IMG/VR virus record: IMGVR_UViG_3300006149_000353
Length of the DNA: 47,394 bases
Source of the DNA: a virus
Strand: one strand, 5' to 3'
This document shows, piece after piece, positions 6,050 through 12,321 of this stretch (position 1 is the stretch's first letter; each line of letters opens with the position of its first letter). The notes under the pieces were generated by a model. That model did not search any database, was not told where the DNA came from, and saw nothing but the letters and a program-made list of their open reading frames with translations. The translations under genes were made by a program, and so were the position numbers.

Positions 6050-7144
6050 ATGGCATGTCGAAAGTGCAAGCGGGAAATCCCTGATGATTCGGTTTTTTGT
6101 CCTTGGTGCGGAATCAGGCAGGAAAAGAAGTCCGGAACACGAAAAAAAGGGAACGGAACAGGATATGCCTACAAACGTGGATCAACATGGACGGCATGTG
6201 TAACCATCGGTTTTTATACCGACAAAAGCGGCGTTGTCCATCGAAAATACAGGACCAAGGGCGGATTTCCAACCAAGACAGACGCCACAAATTATTGTCA
6301 ATCCCTTTTTGTCAGTACTAAGGCAAACAGTACGATGACCATGCAGGAAGTATACGACAAGTGGCACGATGAACATGAATCCCGTGTAGGATCAACAACG
6401 ATTAAAGGATATAGCGCCGCATATAAATGGTTTTCTCGTCTGCATTACATCCAGATGAGACTTATCAAGGCTACTGACTTACAGCAATGCATCGATGAAT
6501 GCCCGCGGGGGAAACGCGTAAAGGAGGACATGAAAACAGTAGCGGGCCTATTGTATAAATGGGCTTACAACAATGATGTCGTAGACAAAAATTATGCTAT
6601 CAACCTTTTTACGGGAAAGGACATCAAAGGAACACGGCCAGCGTTTACGATGGAAGAGGTTGAGAAGATCAGGCAATCTGTAGGGGTGAAGCCATACGCT
6701 GATTATGTGTACGTCCTAATTTATACTGGGTTTCGGCCTTCCGAACTGTTTGCGCTGACGAAATCCTCCTACAGCAATGGAATCCTCGTTGGCGGCGCGA
6801 AAACGAAGGCAGGCAAGAACAGGCTCGTTCCTGTATCGCCAAAAATAAAAAAAATCATCGAAGAAAGGTTCGCCGCCGACAGCGAATATCTCTTCCCCCG
6901 TGATCGCAAAAAAATGGATGAAGCATATTTCAGAAATGTGTGTTTTGCGCCTCTTATGGAATCGCTCGGAATCGCGAATCGTGTTCCGTACTCATGTAGG
7001 CATACGTTTGCTAACTTGCTTAAAAATGTAAGCGGGAGCGATACGGATAAAGCTGCCCTTATGGGACATGCGGACGCCTCTATGACTAAGTACTACCAAT
7101 CCGAAGAAATGACTATGCTAAAGCAGATTATTGACTCCCTATGA
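6050..7144 (+). CDS. int: Tyrosine recombinase / phage integrase with N-terminal zinc ribbon
   Basis: N-terminus CRKCKREIPDDSVFCPWCG. Catalytic-domain motifs TGFRPSELFAL, YSCRHTFANLL and LMGHADASMTKYY (R...HxxR...H...Y). Confidence 0.9.
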   Translation: MACRKCKREIPDDSVFCPWCGIRQEKKSGTRKKGNGTGYAYKRGSTWTACVTIGFYTDKSGVVHRKYRTKGGFPTKTDATNYCQSLFVSTKANSTMTMQEVYDKWHDEHESRVGSTTIKGYSAAYKWFSRLHYIQMRLIKATDLQQCIDECPRGKRVKEDMKTVAGLLYKWAYNNDVVDKNYAINLFTGKDIKGTRPAFTMEEVEKIRQSVGVKPYADYVYVLIYTGFRPSELFALTKSSYSNGILVGGAKTKAGKNRLVPVSPKIKKIIEERFAADSEYLFPRDRKKMDEAYFRNVCFAPLMESLGIANRVPYSCRHTFANLLKNVSGSDTDKAALMGHADASMTKYYQSEEMTMLKQIIDSL

Positions 7145-7151
7145 CATACGC

Positions 7152-7162
7152 ATGCATTACAA
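7152..7162 (+). repeat. Candidate integrase arm-type site (ATGCATTACAA), left of the core
   Basis: Near-identical to the three copies at 7305-7340 on the other side of the tRNA-like core. Confidence 0.35.
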
Positions 7163-7197
7163 GCGTCAATATACCCCTTGATTTCCCTCACAACAGC

Positions 7198-7244
7198 GAT
7201 GGTTCGGGACCAAAAGGCCGCGGGTTCGAATCCCGCCACTTCGA
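7198..7244 (+). other. attP core candidate: 3' portion of a tRNA gene (variable-arm-like hairpin, T-arm, 3' acceptor strand)
   Basis: GCGGG-TTCGAAT-CCCGC T-arm (7220-7236) followed by a 7-nt acceptor strand CACTTCG plus A. Upstream hairpin TGGT-TCGGG-ACCA. No matching 5' acceptor or D-arm upstream, so it is a fragment and not a gene. Confidence 0.55.
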
Positions 7245-7245
7245 C

Positions 7246-7282
7246 GCAGCAGCCCTTGAAAATCAAGGGCTGCTGTTTTTTT
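7246..7282 (+). terminator. Rho-independent terminator
   Basis: GCAGCAGCCCTT-GAAAATC-AAGGGCTGCTG followed by TTTTTTT. Confidence 0.75.
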
Positions 7283-7304
7283 GTCTTGTTGTCTATACAT
7301 TTCT

Positions 7305-7340
7305 ATGCACTACAACGTGCATTACATTTATGCACTACAA
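7305..7340 (+). repeat. Three tandem about-12-bp direct repeats (ATGCACTACAA / GTGCATTACAT / ATGCACTACAA): candidate arm-type sites
   Basis: Copies start at 7305, 7317 and 7330. A fourth copy lies at 7152-7162. Confidence 0.4.
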
Positions 7341-7367
7341 AAGCGGGCAGAAATACACTGCCCGCTT
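7339..7367 (-). terminator. Rho-independent terminator ending the five-gene cassette
   Basis: Minus strand: AAGCGGGCAG-loop-CTGCCCGCTT followed by TTTT, immediately after the stop at 7374. Confidence 0.6.
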
Positions 7368-7373
7368 GAACTA

Positions 7374-8168
7374 TTACCCCTTCTTCGCGATGCACTCATA
7401 GTACATCTTGACCTTGCCATCCTTGGCGTCAGGATCGTCCATAAACGCCTTGGCCATGTCGGCGTAGAAATTGACGTTATCGACGCCGTGCTGCTTGGCA
7501 ACCTTGCAATAGTCGGAATACATGGCATTGATGACGGCAAAGAACTCCACGATCTTCTCCTTGCCTTCGATGCCGAAGTTCCGGGCGTACTGCTTGATCT
7601 CATCAAGAGACCACCGCTCACCCTTGGAGCCGTCCTCCTTGCGCATGGACTTCACCCAGCGCTTGGCTTCTTCCTCCGTCAAGTGCTTGCCCTGGCCTTC
7701 CTCGTAGGATTCGCCAAAGCCGATCATCGGCTCGCGCTCCTCCATTCGGCCACGGCTTTCTTCGCGGCGGCTGCCCATGTTATCCTGAGGCGGGCGATAC
7801 CTCCGGCCATATTCGCGCATATCCGTTACGTTCCCCCCATATTCGCCGCCATAGGGCGGATAATGCCGCATGGTCTGATCGTCATAACGATCCATTGGCG
7901 GATAGATCGGGATATAGGCATCCCATACGACGGTACCGACGCCGTCCATGGCCCGGCGCTCCTGCCGGTTTTCACGCGGCCAGACATCCTGATAGCGCAT
8001 ATCCTGACGATAGCGGCCATCATCCATGCCGTTGTCCATCGTATCCCGGCGGCGGTCGGTGTACTGGTTATTGCCCTCATCGCCTCTTGCGAATCGACCA
8101 TCTTCACGACGCCGCTGCCCGCCGCGGGAGGAAACCATCATCATCCGGGCAGTTCTGCTCATGCTCAT
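7374..8168 (-). CDS. Cassette protein E: Arg/Asp/Tyr/Met-rich low-complexity N-terminus plus a structured-looking C-terminal domain (264 aa)
   Basis: ATGA overlap with the upstream gene. N-terminus RRRDTMDNGMDDGRYRQDMRYQD...YPPMDRYDDQTMRHYPPYGGEYGG. C-terminus HLTEEEAKRWVKSMRKEDGSKGERWSLDEIKQYARNFG...MYSDYCKVAKQHGVDNVNFYADMAKAF. Confidence 0.75.
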   Translation of the reverse strand: MSMSRTARMMMVSSRGGQRRREDGRFARGDEGNNQYTDRRRDTMDNGMDDGRYRQDMRYQDVWPRENRQERRAMDGVGTVVWDAYIPIYPPMDRYDDQTMRHYPPYGGEYGGNVTDMREYGRRYRPPQDNMGSRREESRGRMEEREPMIGFGESYEEGQGKHLTEEEAKRWVKSMRKEDGSKGERWSLDEIKQYARNFGIEGKEKIVEFFAVINAMYSDYCKVAKQHGVDNVNFYADMAKAFMDDPDAKDGKVKMYYECIAKKG

Positions 8169-8575
8169 GCCGTAGCGCCTCCTTGTGCGGGGGCCGTCCC
8201 CGTGATAGCGGGCCGGTTATTGCTCCTTGCGCAGCATACGCGGCCCAGAAGGCGGAACGCACCGCCCGTTGGCGTGGTCGCGACCCTGGTTGCATACCTT
8301 GTCCGGGTACGGATGCCCGAGGCGGTGACAGGCGTTCCGTCACACGACAGCAGCGGATACGTCTCGGTTCCCGCGCCGATGGTGATGACAACCGGGGCCG
8401 TGATGGTTGTTGCCTCAGGGATCGCCTGAGCCACAACGAGGCAGTACTTGCAGTTGTTAGCATAAGCGCCTTCTGGCAAATTGATCGTCAGGGTGCCGCC
8501 CGCGAAGGTGACGGCCTGGCTGATAATCAGACGGTCACACAGACGGCAGGGATTGTTGCAAGCCATACTTTTCAT
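8165..8575 (-). CDS. Cassette protein D: Cys-containing, beta-rich-looking protein (133-136 aa)
   Basis: MACNNPCRLCDRLIISQAVTFAGGTLTINLPEGAYANNCKYCLVVAQAIPEATTITAPVVITIG. The likely start at 8566 follows AAAGGA. Confidence 0.7.
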   Translation of the reverse strand: MKSMACNNPCRLCDRLIISQAVTFAGGTLTINLPEGAYANNCKYCLVVAQAIPEATTITAPVVITIGAGTETYPLLSCDGTPVTASGIRTRTRYATRVATTPTGGAFRLLGRVCCARSNNRPAITGTAPAQGGATA

Positions 8576-8584
8576 CCTTTCTCA

Positions 8585-8610
8585 GGGGCGGCAGGAACAC
8601 CTGCCGCCCC
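8585..8610 (-). other. Strong GC hairpin inside the cassette (between genes C and D)
   Basis: GGGGCGGCAGG-AACA-CCTGCCGCCCC, a perfect 11-bp stem with no U-tract on the coding (minus) strand. Confidence 0.6.
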
Positions 8611-8623
8611 GAATGACAGCCGA

Positions 8624-9433
8624 TCAGGCTGCGCAGCCGTAGCAGCCGCAGTTGTGGTTGCTCGTGCCGCAATAGGGATAGGGCGCGGGAACCTGGTAAG
8701 AGGGGACGGGCTGGGGATGGATCGCGCCGACGCTGCGGTTGATGGCCGCGGTATTGGCGTCCATCGCCGCCATCAGGACAGCGTTCTGGTTGGACTGGGA
8801 GGCCGCCAGCTGCAGCTGGAAGATCTGCTGATTCTGCTCGGCGATCTTCGCGTCCTTGGCAGCAACAGCCTGAGCGCTCAGCGCGTCGAGGATGGCGCGG
8901 GTGCCGCTGTTCTGGCTGTCAATGATGTCACGGGCGGCTGTGTTGATGGTCTGCCGGGTGTCGCAGGACTGGGTAGCCAGGTCATAGCGCACGCCCTGGA
9001 TGGCGTTCTGCGTCTTGCAGCAGCAGTCCTGGAGGTTGTAGCCGAGCTGACACAGCGAGCGATCGACGCCGTTGAAGCCCTGCATCATGCCCATCTGGGT
9101 AGTGTTGAAGCCGCCGGTGATGGCGTTGTTGAGGGCGTAGGTGCTGTCGCAGATGCCCTGCTGGATGCCTGCAACGCTACGCTGAAGGTCGTTGAGCATG
9201 AAGCCGTCGGTGATGTCGGCGCGGGTCACCATGCCGCTGATGACAGGAACAACGCCGCCATTGCCGCCGTTGCCGTTGCCATTGCCAAAGCCCCACTGCC
9301 CACCGAAGATCAGGGCGATAATCAGGAAGGCGAAAATCCAAGAGCCGTCGCCGCCCCACATACCTCCGCCACCGTTGCCGCCGCCATTGCTGTCAGCGCC
9401 CAGGGCATAGCCAGTCGCAAAATCATTATCCAT
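8624..9433 (-). CDS. Cassette protein C: Gly/Asn-rich N-terminus with one TM helix, Cys-containing core, Gln-rich coiled coil
   Basis: MDNDFATGYALGADSNGGGNGGGGMWGGDGSWIFAFLIIALIFGGQWGFGNGNGNGGNGG..., then NLQDCCCKTQ, IAEQNQQIFQLQLAASQSNQN and a C-terminal CGTSNHNCGCYGCAA. AAGGAGA SD. Confidence 0.75.
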   Translation of the reverse strand: MDNDFATGYALGADSNGGGNGGGGMWGGDGSWIFAFLIIALIFGGQWGFGNGNGNGGNGGVVPVISGMVTRADITDGFMLNDLQRSVAGIQQGICDSTYALNNAITGGFNTTQMGMMQGFNGVDRSLCQLGYNLQDCCCKTQNAIQGVRYDLATQSCDTRQTINTAARDIIDSQNSGTRAILDALSAQAVAAKDAKIAEQNQQIFQLQLAASQSNQNAVLMAAMDANTAAINRSVGAIHPQPVPSYQVPAPYPYCGTSNHNCGCYGCAA

Positions 9434-9485
9434 GGTCATTCTCCTTTTGGTTGATTTATATCGTAACAGGGTGTGCACCCCCCGG

Positions 9486-9707
9486 TTACTTCAAAGGAAG
9501 GCCGAACTGTTTGGCAACGTCGTTTATGTTCAAACCGCGCTCACGGTACATGTTTTCTGCCGTCTGCCGAAGCTGGGCCGGATTCTTGCCGCCGATGATA
9601 TTCATCACCTGCTGAACCTGAGGCGTATTGCCAAACATCTGCTGCATCATCTGCATAGGGTTGCCGCCGCCGCGCATCATCTGCAAGAGCATCATCAGGG
9701 GATTCAC
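9486..9707 (-). CDS. Cassette protein B: small Met/Gln-rich protein (73 aa)
   Basis: GTG start in a GTGA overlap with the upstream stop. MNPLMMLLQMMRGGGNPMQMMQQMFGNTPQVQQVMNIIGGKNPAQLRQTAENMYRERGLNINDVAKQFGL. Confidence 0.65.
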   Translation of the reverse strand: MNPLMMLLQMMRGGGNPMQMMQQMFGNTPQVQQVMNIIGGKNPAQLRQTAENMYRERGLNINDVAKQFGLPLK

Positions 9708-10201
9708 TCGTCCTCAACCTCCATTCTTGCGCGCTGCTTCTGGCGCTTTTCCATGGCTTTAACGCGGTCGCTCAGGTCTTCCACCTGCTTGGCGAAGCTC
9801 TCAGCCAGTTGGTTAACCGCATCCATGGAGGCGTAGGAAACGGAAGGAGAAGGATCCCCCTGCTCCGGCTGATCCGACAGGCGATATTCCCGGAAATCAG
9901 ACCCGCCGGTGGCCGCGTTGAATTGCTTGGTGTAGATCACACCGTGACCCCGATCGACATACACACCAAGGGAGCCGTCAAAGCTGACCTGCTGGGCAAG
10001 GGCTTCCTCCTTGCCAGTTACAAGGGCCGCAAGAACCCCCGGCCTTTGAGGTGCTTGCTGCTGCGGATAAAACATTCCTTGCGCCGCGGGGGCTTGCATG
10101 GGCTGAACCATCTGCGGGGGCTGCTGACCCCGATCCGTGTAAGGGTTGGCCATGAAGCCAGGATTGTAACTGTAATTAGGGTACGGTATGGGTTGGCTCA
10201 T
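9704..10201 (-). CDS. Cassette protein A: Pro/Gln/Tyr-rich N-terminus, globular middle, coiled-coil tail
   Basis: MSQPIPYPNYSYNPGFMANPYTDRGQQPPQMVQPMQAPAAQGMFYPQQQAPQRP..., later AESFAKQVEDLSDRVKAMEKRQKQRARMEVEDE. GAGGTGA SD. Confidence 0.7.
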   Translation of the reverse strand: MSQPIPYPNYSYNPGFMANPYTDRGQQPPQMVQPMQAPAAQGMFYPQQQAPQRPGVLAALVTGKEEALAQQVSFDGSLGVYVDRGHGVIYTKQFNAATGGSDFREYRLSDQPEQGDPSPSVSYASMDAVNQLAESFAKQVEDLSDRVKAMEKRQKQRARMEVEDE

Positions 10202-10297
10202 CGTTATCACCTCGCTATGATTTTCGCAAAAATCGCATCAAAGGAACACGAAGTGAAAGCGCAATGAAAAAGCAAATCGTTAGTAATTTTCGGCAAT

Positions 10298-10323
10298 AAA
10301 AAAACCGGAGCCGTTCGCTCCGG
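10298..10323 (-). terminator. Rho-independent terminator separating the upstream unit from the cassette
   Basis: Minus strand: CCGGAGC-GAACG-GCTCCGG followed by TTTTTTT. Confidence 0.75.
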
Positions 10324-10346
10324 TAATGTTCCGTGATGTCGTTGTA

Positions 10347-10841
10347 TTACTTGTTTTCGTTCTCAGCGATGTAGGCAAGAGCATCTTTGTAGTTGCTGTG
10401 GGTGTACCAGGTCGGTACATAGCCTTCCCCGCCCTCGTTGTGGACGTTGTTGTATTCAGTTGCACGGCGTTTGGCCTGCTCCTCGTTATCCACAATATAG
10501 CCATGCTCGCAGGCTTCGACGATCTGCTTGCATTCCTCGACATGCTTCCGTATTCTTTCCAGCTCTTCCTCTTTCACGCGCTCGGCCTCGATGCGCTTAT
10601 AAGATTCCGCTTCCTCCTCGGTAATAATCCATGCCTGATTGTTGCATCCCTGGAATTCTCCGTCTGCGGGGCGGGCGGGCATGTCCTCCCATCCGATGTG
10701 CGGCAGCTCGATAGCATCGCCCTGGGCGATAAAGCCATAGTCCTGGTACCACTCTACATAGTGCGTCTTTTCTTCCTCGTTCAGCCTGCGGGCATTACTG
10801 ATGGTCACACCGTGTGCGGGGGAATATTCAATCGTAAGCAT
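10347..10841 (-). CDS. Hypothetical acidic protein (164 aa)
   Basis: Start MLTIEYSPAHG at 10841 after GAAAGGACAGAAAA. Coiled-coil EEEAESYKRIEAERVKEEELERIRKHVEE. No family recognised. Confidence 0.65.
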   Translation of the reverse strand: MLTIEYSPAHGVTISNARRLNEEEKTHYVEWYQDYGFIAQGDAIELPHIGWEDMPARPADGEFQGCNNQAWIITEEEAESYKRIEAERVKEEELERIRKHVEECKQIVEACEHGYIVDNEEQAKRRATEYNNVHNEGGEGYVPTWYTHSNYKDALAYIAENENK

Positions 10842-10885
10842 TTTTCTGTCCTTTCTGCCCTCGTAACCTCCGGGGCGGGTTGTTA

Positions 10886-11059
10886 TCATTCGATAGTGTA
10901 AACCGGGTAACCCGTAGGTGGGACGGCGTACCCTTCAACCTCTACCTCATAACGGTCTTGACGCTCATAAATTCGAACCTTTGCTTGTGCATTCTCAAGG
11001 CCGCGCACCTTTTCAATAAAAACACCGTTCATAAGTATATTGTAGTAAACTTTGGACAT
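10886..11059 (-). CDS. Small ORF (57 aa) missing from the ORF track
   Basis: My own translation: MSKVYYNILMNGVFIEKVRGLENAQAKVRIYERQDRYEVEVEGYAVPPTGYPVYTIE, preceded by AAAGGAAGC. It fills the gap upstream of 10347-10841. Confidence 0.45.
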   Translation of the reverse strand: MSKVYYNILMNGVFIEKVRGLENAQAKVRIYERQDRYEVEVEGYAVPPTGYPVYTIE

Positions 11060-11122
11060 TGTTCTTGCTTCCTTTTTTTGGTGGGCTTTTGCTTCCCTTA
11101 CCCTCCTGACATGCTTATTATA

Positions 11123-11204
11123 TTACATGAACACATGTAAATCAATATCGGAATATGTACCATTCTTTTAAGCGTTTTTTTGTACAATATTACATGTTTA
11201 CATG
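11123..11204. promoter_or_regulatory. Divergent control region with TTACATG-based repeats
   Basis: Palindrome TTACATG-AACA-CATGTAA (11123-11140) and direct repeat TTACATG-T-TTACATG (11190-11204). The direct repeat overlaps a possible TTTACA-17-TATTCT promoter for the RHH gene. Confidence 0.45.
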
Positions 11205-11245
11205 TGTCCGTTCTCGTGCTATTCTATGAAATGGAGGGATGTGCA

Positions 11246-11449
11246 ATGTCAAAGCATTATGAGCAACGCAAGGAATCCAATAAACGATATCTTTCCAACT
11301 TTGATAATATCGTTATGCGAGTGCCTAAAGAATCCGGCCTTAAGCAAACTATAACCGCTCATGCGGAAAGCATGGGGGAATCGGTCAACGCATTTGTTCT
11401 GCGCGCAATAAGCGAGGCAATGGAACGCGATTCCAAAAGAGCAAAGTAA
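11246..11449 (+). CDS. Ribbon-helix-helix (CopG/Arc-like) regulator
   Basis: MSKHYEQRKESNKRYLSNFDNIVMRVPKESGLKQTITAHAESMGESVNAFVLRAISEAMERD. GGAGGG SD. Confidence 0.7.
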   Translation: MSKHYEQRKESNKRYLSNFDNIVMRVPKESGLKQTITAHAESMGESVNAFVLRAISEAMERDSKRAK

Positions 11450-11453
11450 AAGA

Positions 11454-11480
11454 GGGGTGCGACCCTATCGGTCGCACCCC
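11454..11480. terminator. Bidirectional terminator hairpin between convergent genes
   Basis: GGGGTGCGACC-CTATC-GGTCGCACCCC, a perfect 11-bp stem with A/T-rich flanks. Confidence 0.65.
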
Positions 11481-11485
11481 TTCCA

Positions 11486-11665
11486 TCACTCAAGAAACCC
11501 CTTGTTTCGATGAACCACATACTGGACGCCGCGGGGCGACATACCGACCTCCTCGGCAAGAGATTCGTAGGTAATTCCGTCGATCAGCTTCCGTCTGAGG
11601 ATCATTCGATCCCGCTCGGAATGGATTCGTTCGGAAATTCGGAAGCTAAGCTCGCTGTTCAGCAT
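11486..11665 (-). CDS. Sigma-70 region-4-like / LuxR-type HTH mini-protein (59 aa), missing from the ORF track
   Basis: My own translation: MLNSELSFRISERIHSERDRMILRRKLIDGITYESLAEEVGMSPRGVQYVVHRNKGFLE. AGGAGG is 6 nt upstream of the ATG at 11665. Confidence 0.55.
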   Translation of the reverse strand: MLNSELSFRISERIHSERDRMILRRKLIDGITYESLAEEVGMSPRGVQYVVHRNKGFLE

Positions 11666-11703
11666 TCGGGCCTCCTGTTCTGATCGTTATCGCATACCCT
11701 TTG

Positions 11704-11967
11704 TCAATCCTTTTTCGGCGTATCGTAAGTCATTGCCTGCTTGCTGTCGCCAAGGCTCTTTGTGGTTGGATCGTTGACCACGCCCAGGATAGCCAGCACT
11801 GCAAAGACCGCGTTGACAGCGGCGAGAACGCGCTTGTCAAGGTCGCCGAAATCAAGGGCGAAACCAAAGATGGCGGCCACCGTCTGAACCAAAAGGAACA
11901 GCGCCGGGACCAGGGTGAGCCAGAAGTCGATGTTGCAAATCCTTACTTTCCAATTGATCTTGTTCAT
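11704..11967 (-). CDS. Holin (phage phi-LC3-type)
   Basis: MNKINWKVRICNIDFWLTLVPALFLLVQTVAAIFG...AVLAILGVVNDPTTKSLGDS matches the INWKVR...DPTTKG pattern of this holin family. Two TM segments. Confidence 0.8.
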   Translation of the reverse strand: MNKINWKVRICNIDFWLTLVPALFLLVQTVAAIFGFALDFGDLDKRVLAAVNAVFAVLAILGVVNDPTTKSLGDSKQAMTYDTPKKD

Positions 11968-11982
11968 GTCAATCCTCCTTAT

Positions 11983-12321
11983 TTATCGGCCTCGGAGCCA
12001 GTTGTCGATTTCTCCGCTTGCCTCTACCATGGTGTTGGTGTTTCCGTCGTGCAACTCATGTTCCAAAAGCGCCTGTACACCCGCGCATACGGCCATCAGA
12101 CCGGTTCTCAGGTCTCCAAGACGGTTTTCGTGATCGTCCAGCCGTCGCTTGTCCATGTCCAGCTTCTTCATCACATCGTCCATTCTTCCCACCATGTCCT
12201 CCTGGGGCTTGCGCCACTTGCGCAGGCGGTCGACGGTGGCGCCCACCAGGTTGATGACGGTGCAGATGCCCACCAACACCAGCAGCGCCCCCGTCACGTT
12301 GTTCAGTGTCAGCCAGTCCAT
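11983..12321 (-). CDS. Membrane-anchored coiled-coil protein of the lysis cassette (112 aa)
   Basis: Start MDWLTLNNVTGALLVLVGICTVINLVG overlaps the endolysin stop by one base (TGATG). One N-terminal TM helix, then charged helices. Confidence 0.7.
   Translation of the reverse strand: MDWLTLNNVTGALLVLVGICTVINLVGATVDRLRKWRKPQEDMVGRMDDVMKKLDMDKRRLDDHENRLGDLRTGLMAVCAGVQALLEHELHDGNTNTMVEASGEIDNWLRGR

Noticed and set aside
7165-7244. Complete tRNA gene downstream of the integrase
   Set aside because: Only the T-arm, the 3' acceptor strand and a variable-arm-like hairpin are present. No complementary 5' acceptor strand (CGAAGTG), D-arm or anticodon arm can be found upstream, so I call it an attP tRNA fragment.
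7281-9454. Long plus-strand ORFs 7281-8429 (382 aa) and 7895-9454 (519 aa)
   Set aside because: These are high-GC antisense shadows of the minus-strand cassette genes. Their products are Ala/Gly/Arg/His-rich and featureless. They have no SDs and overlap each other in different frames.
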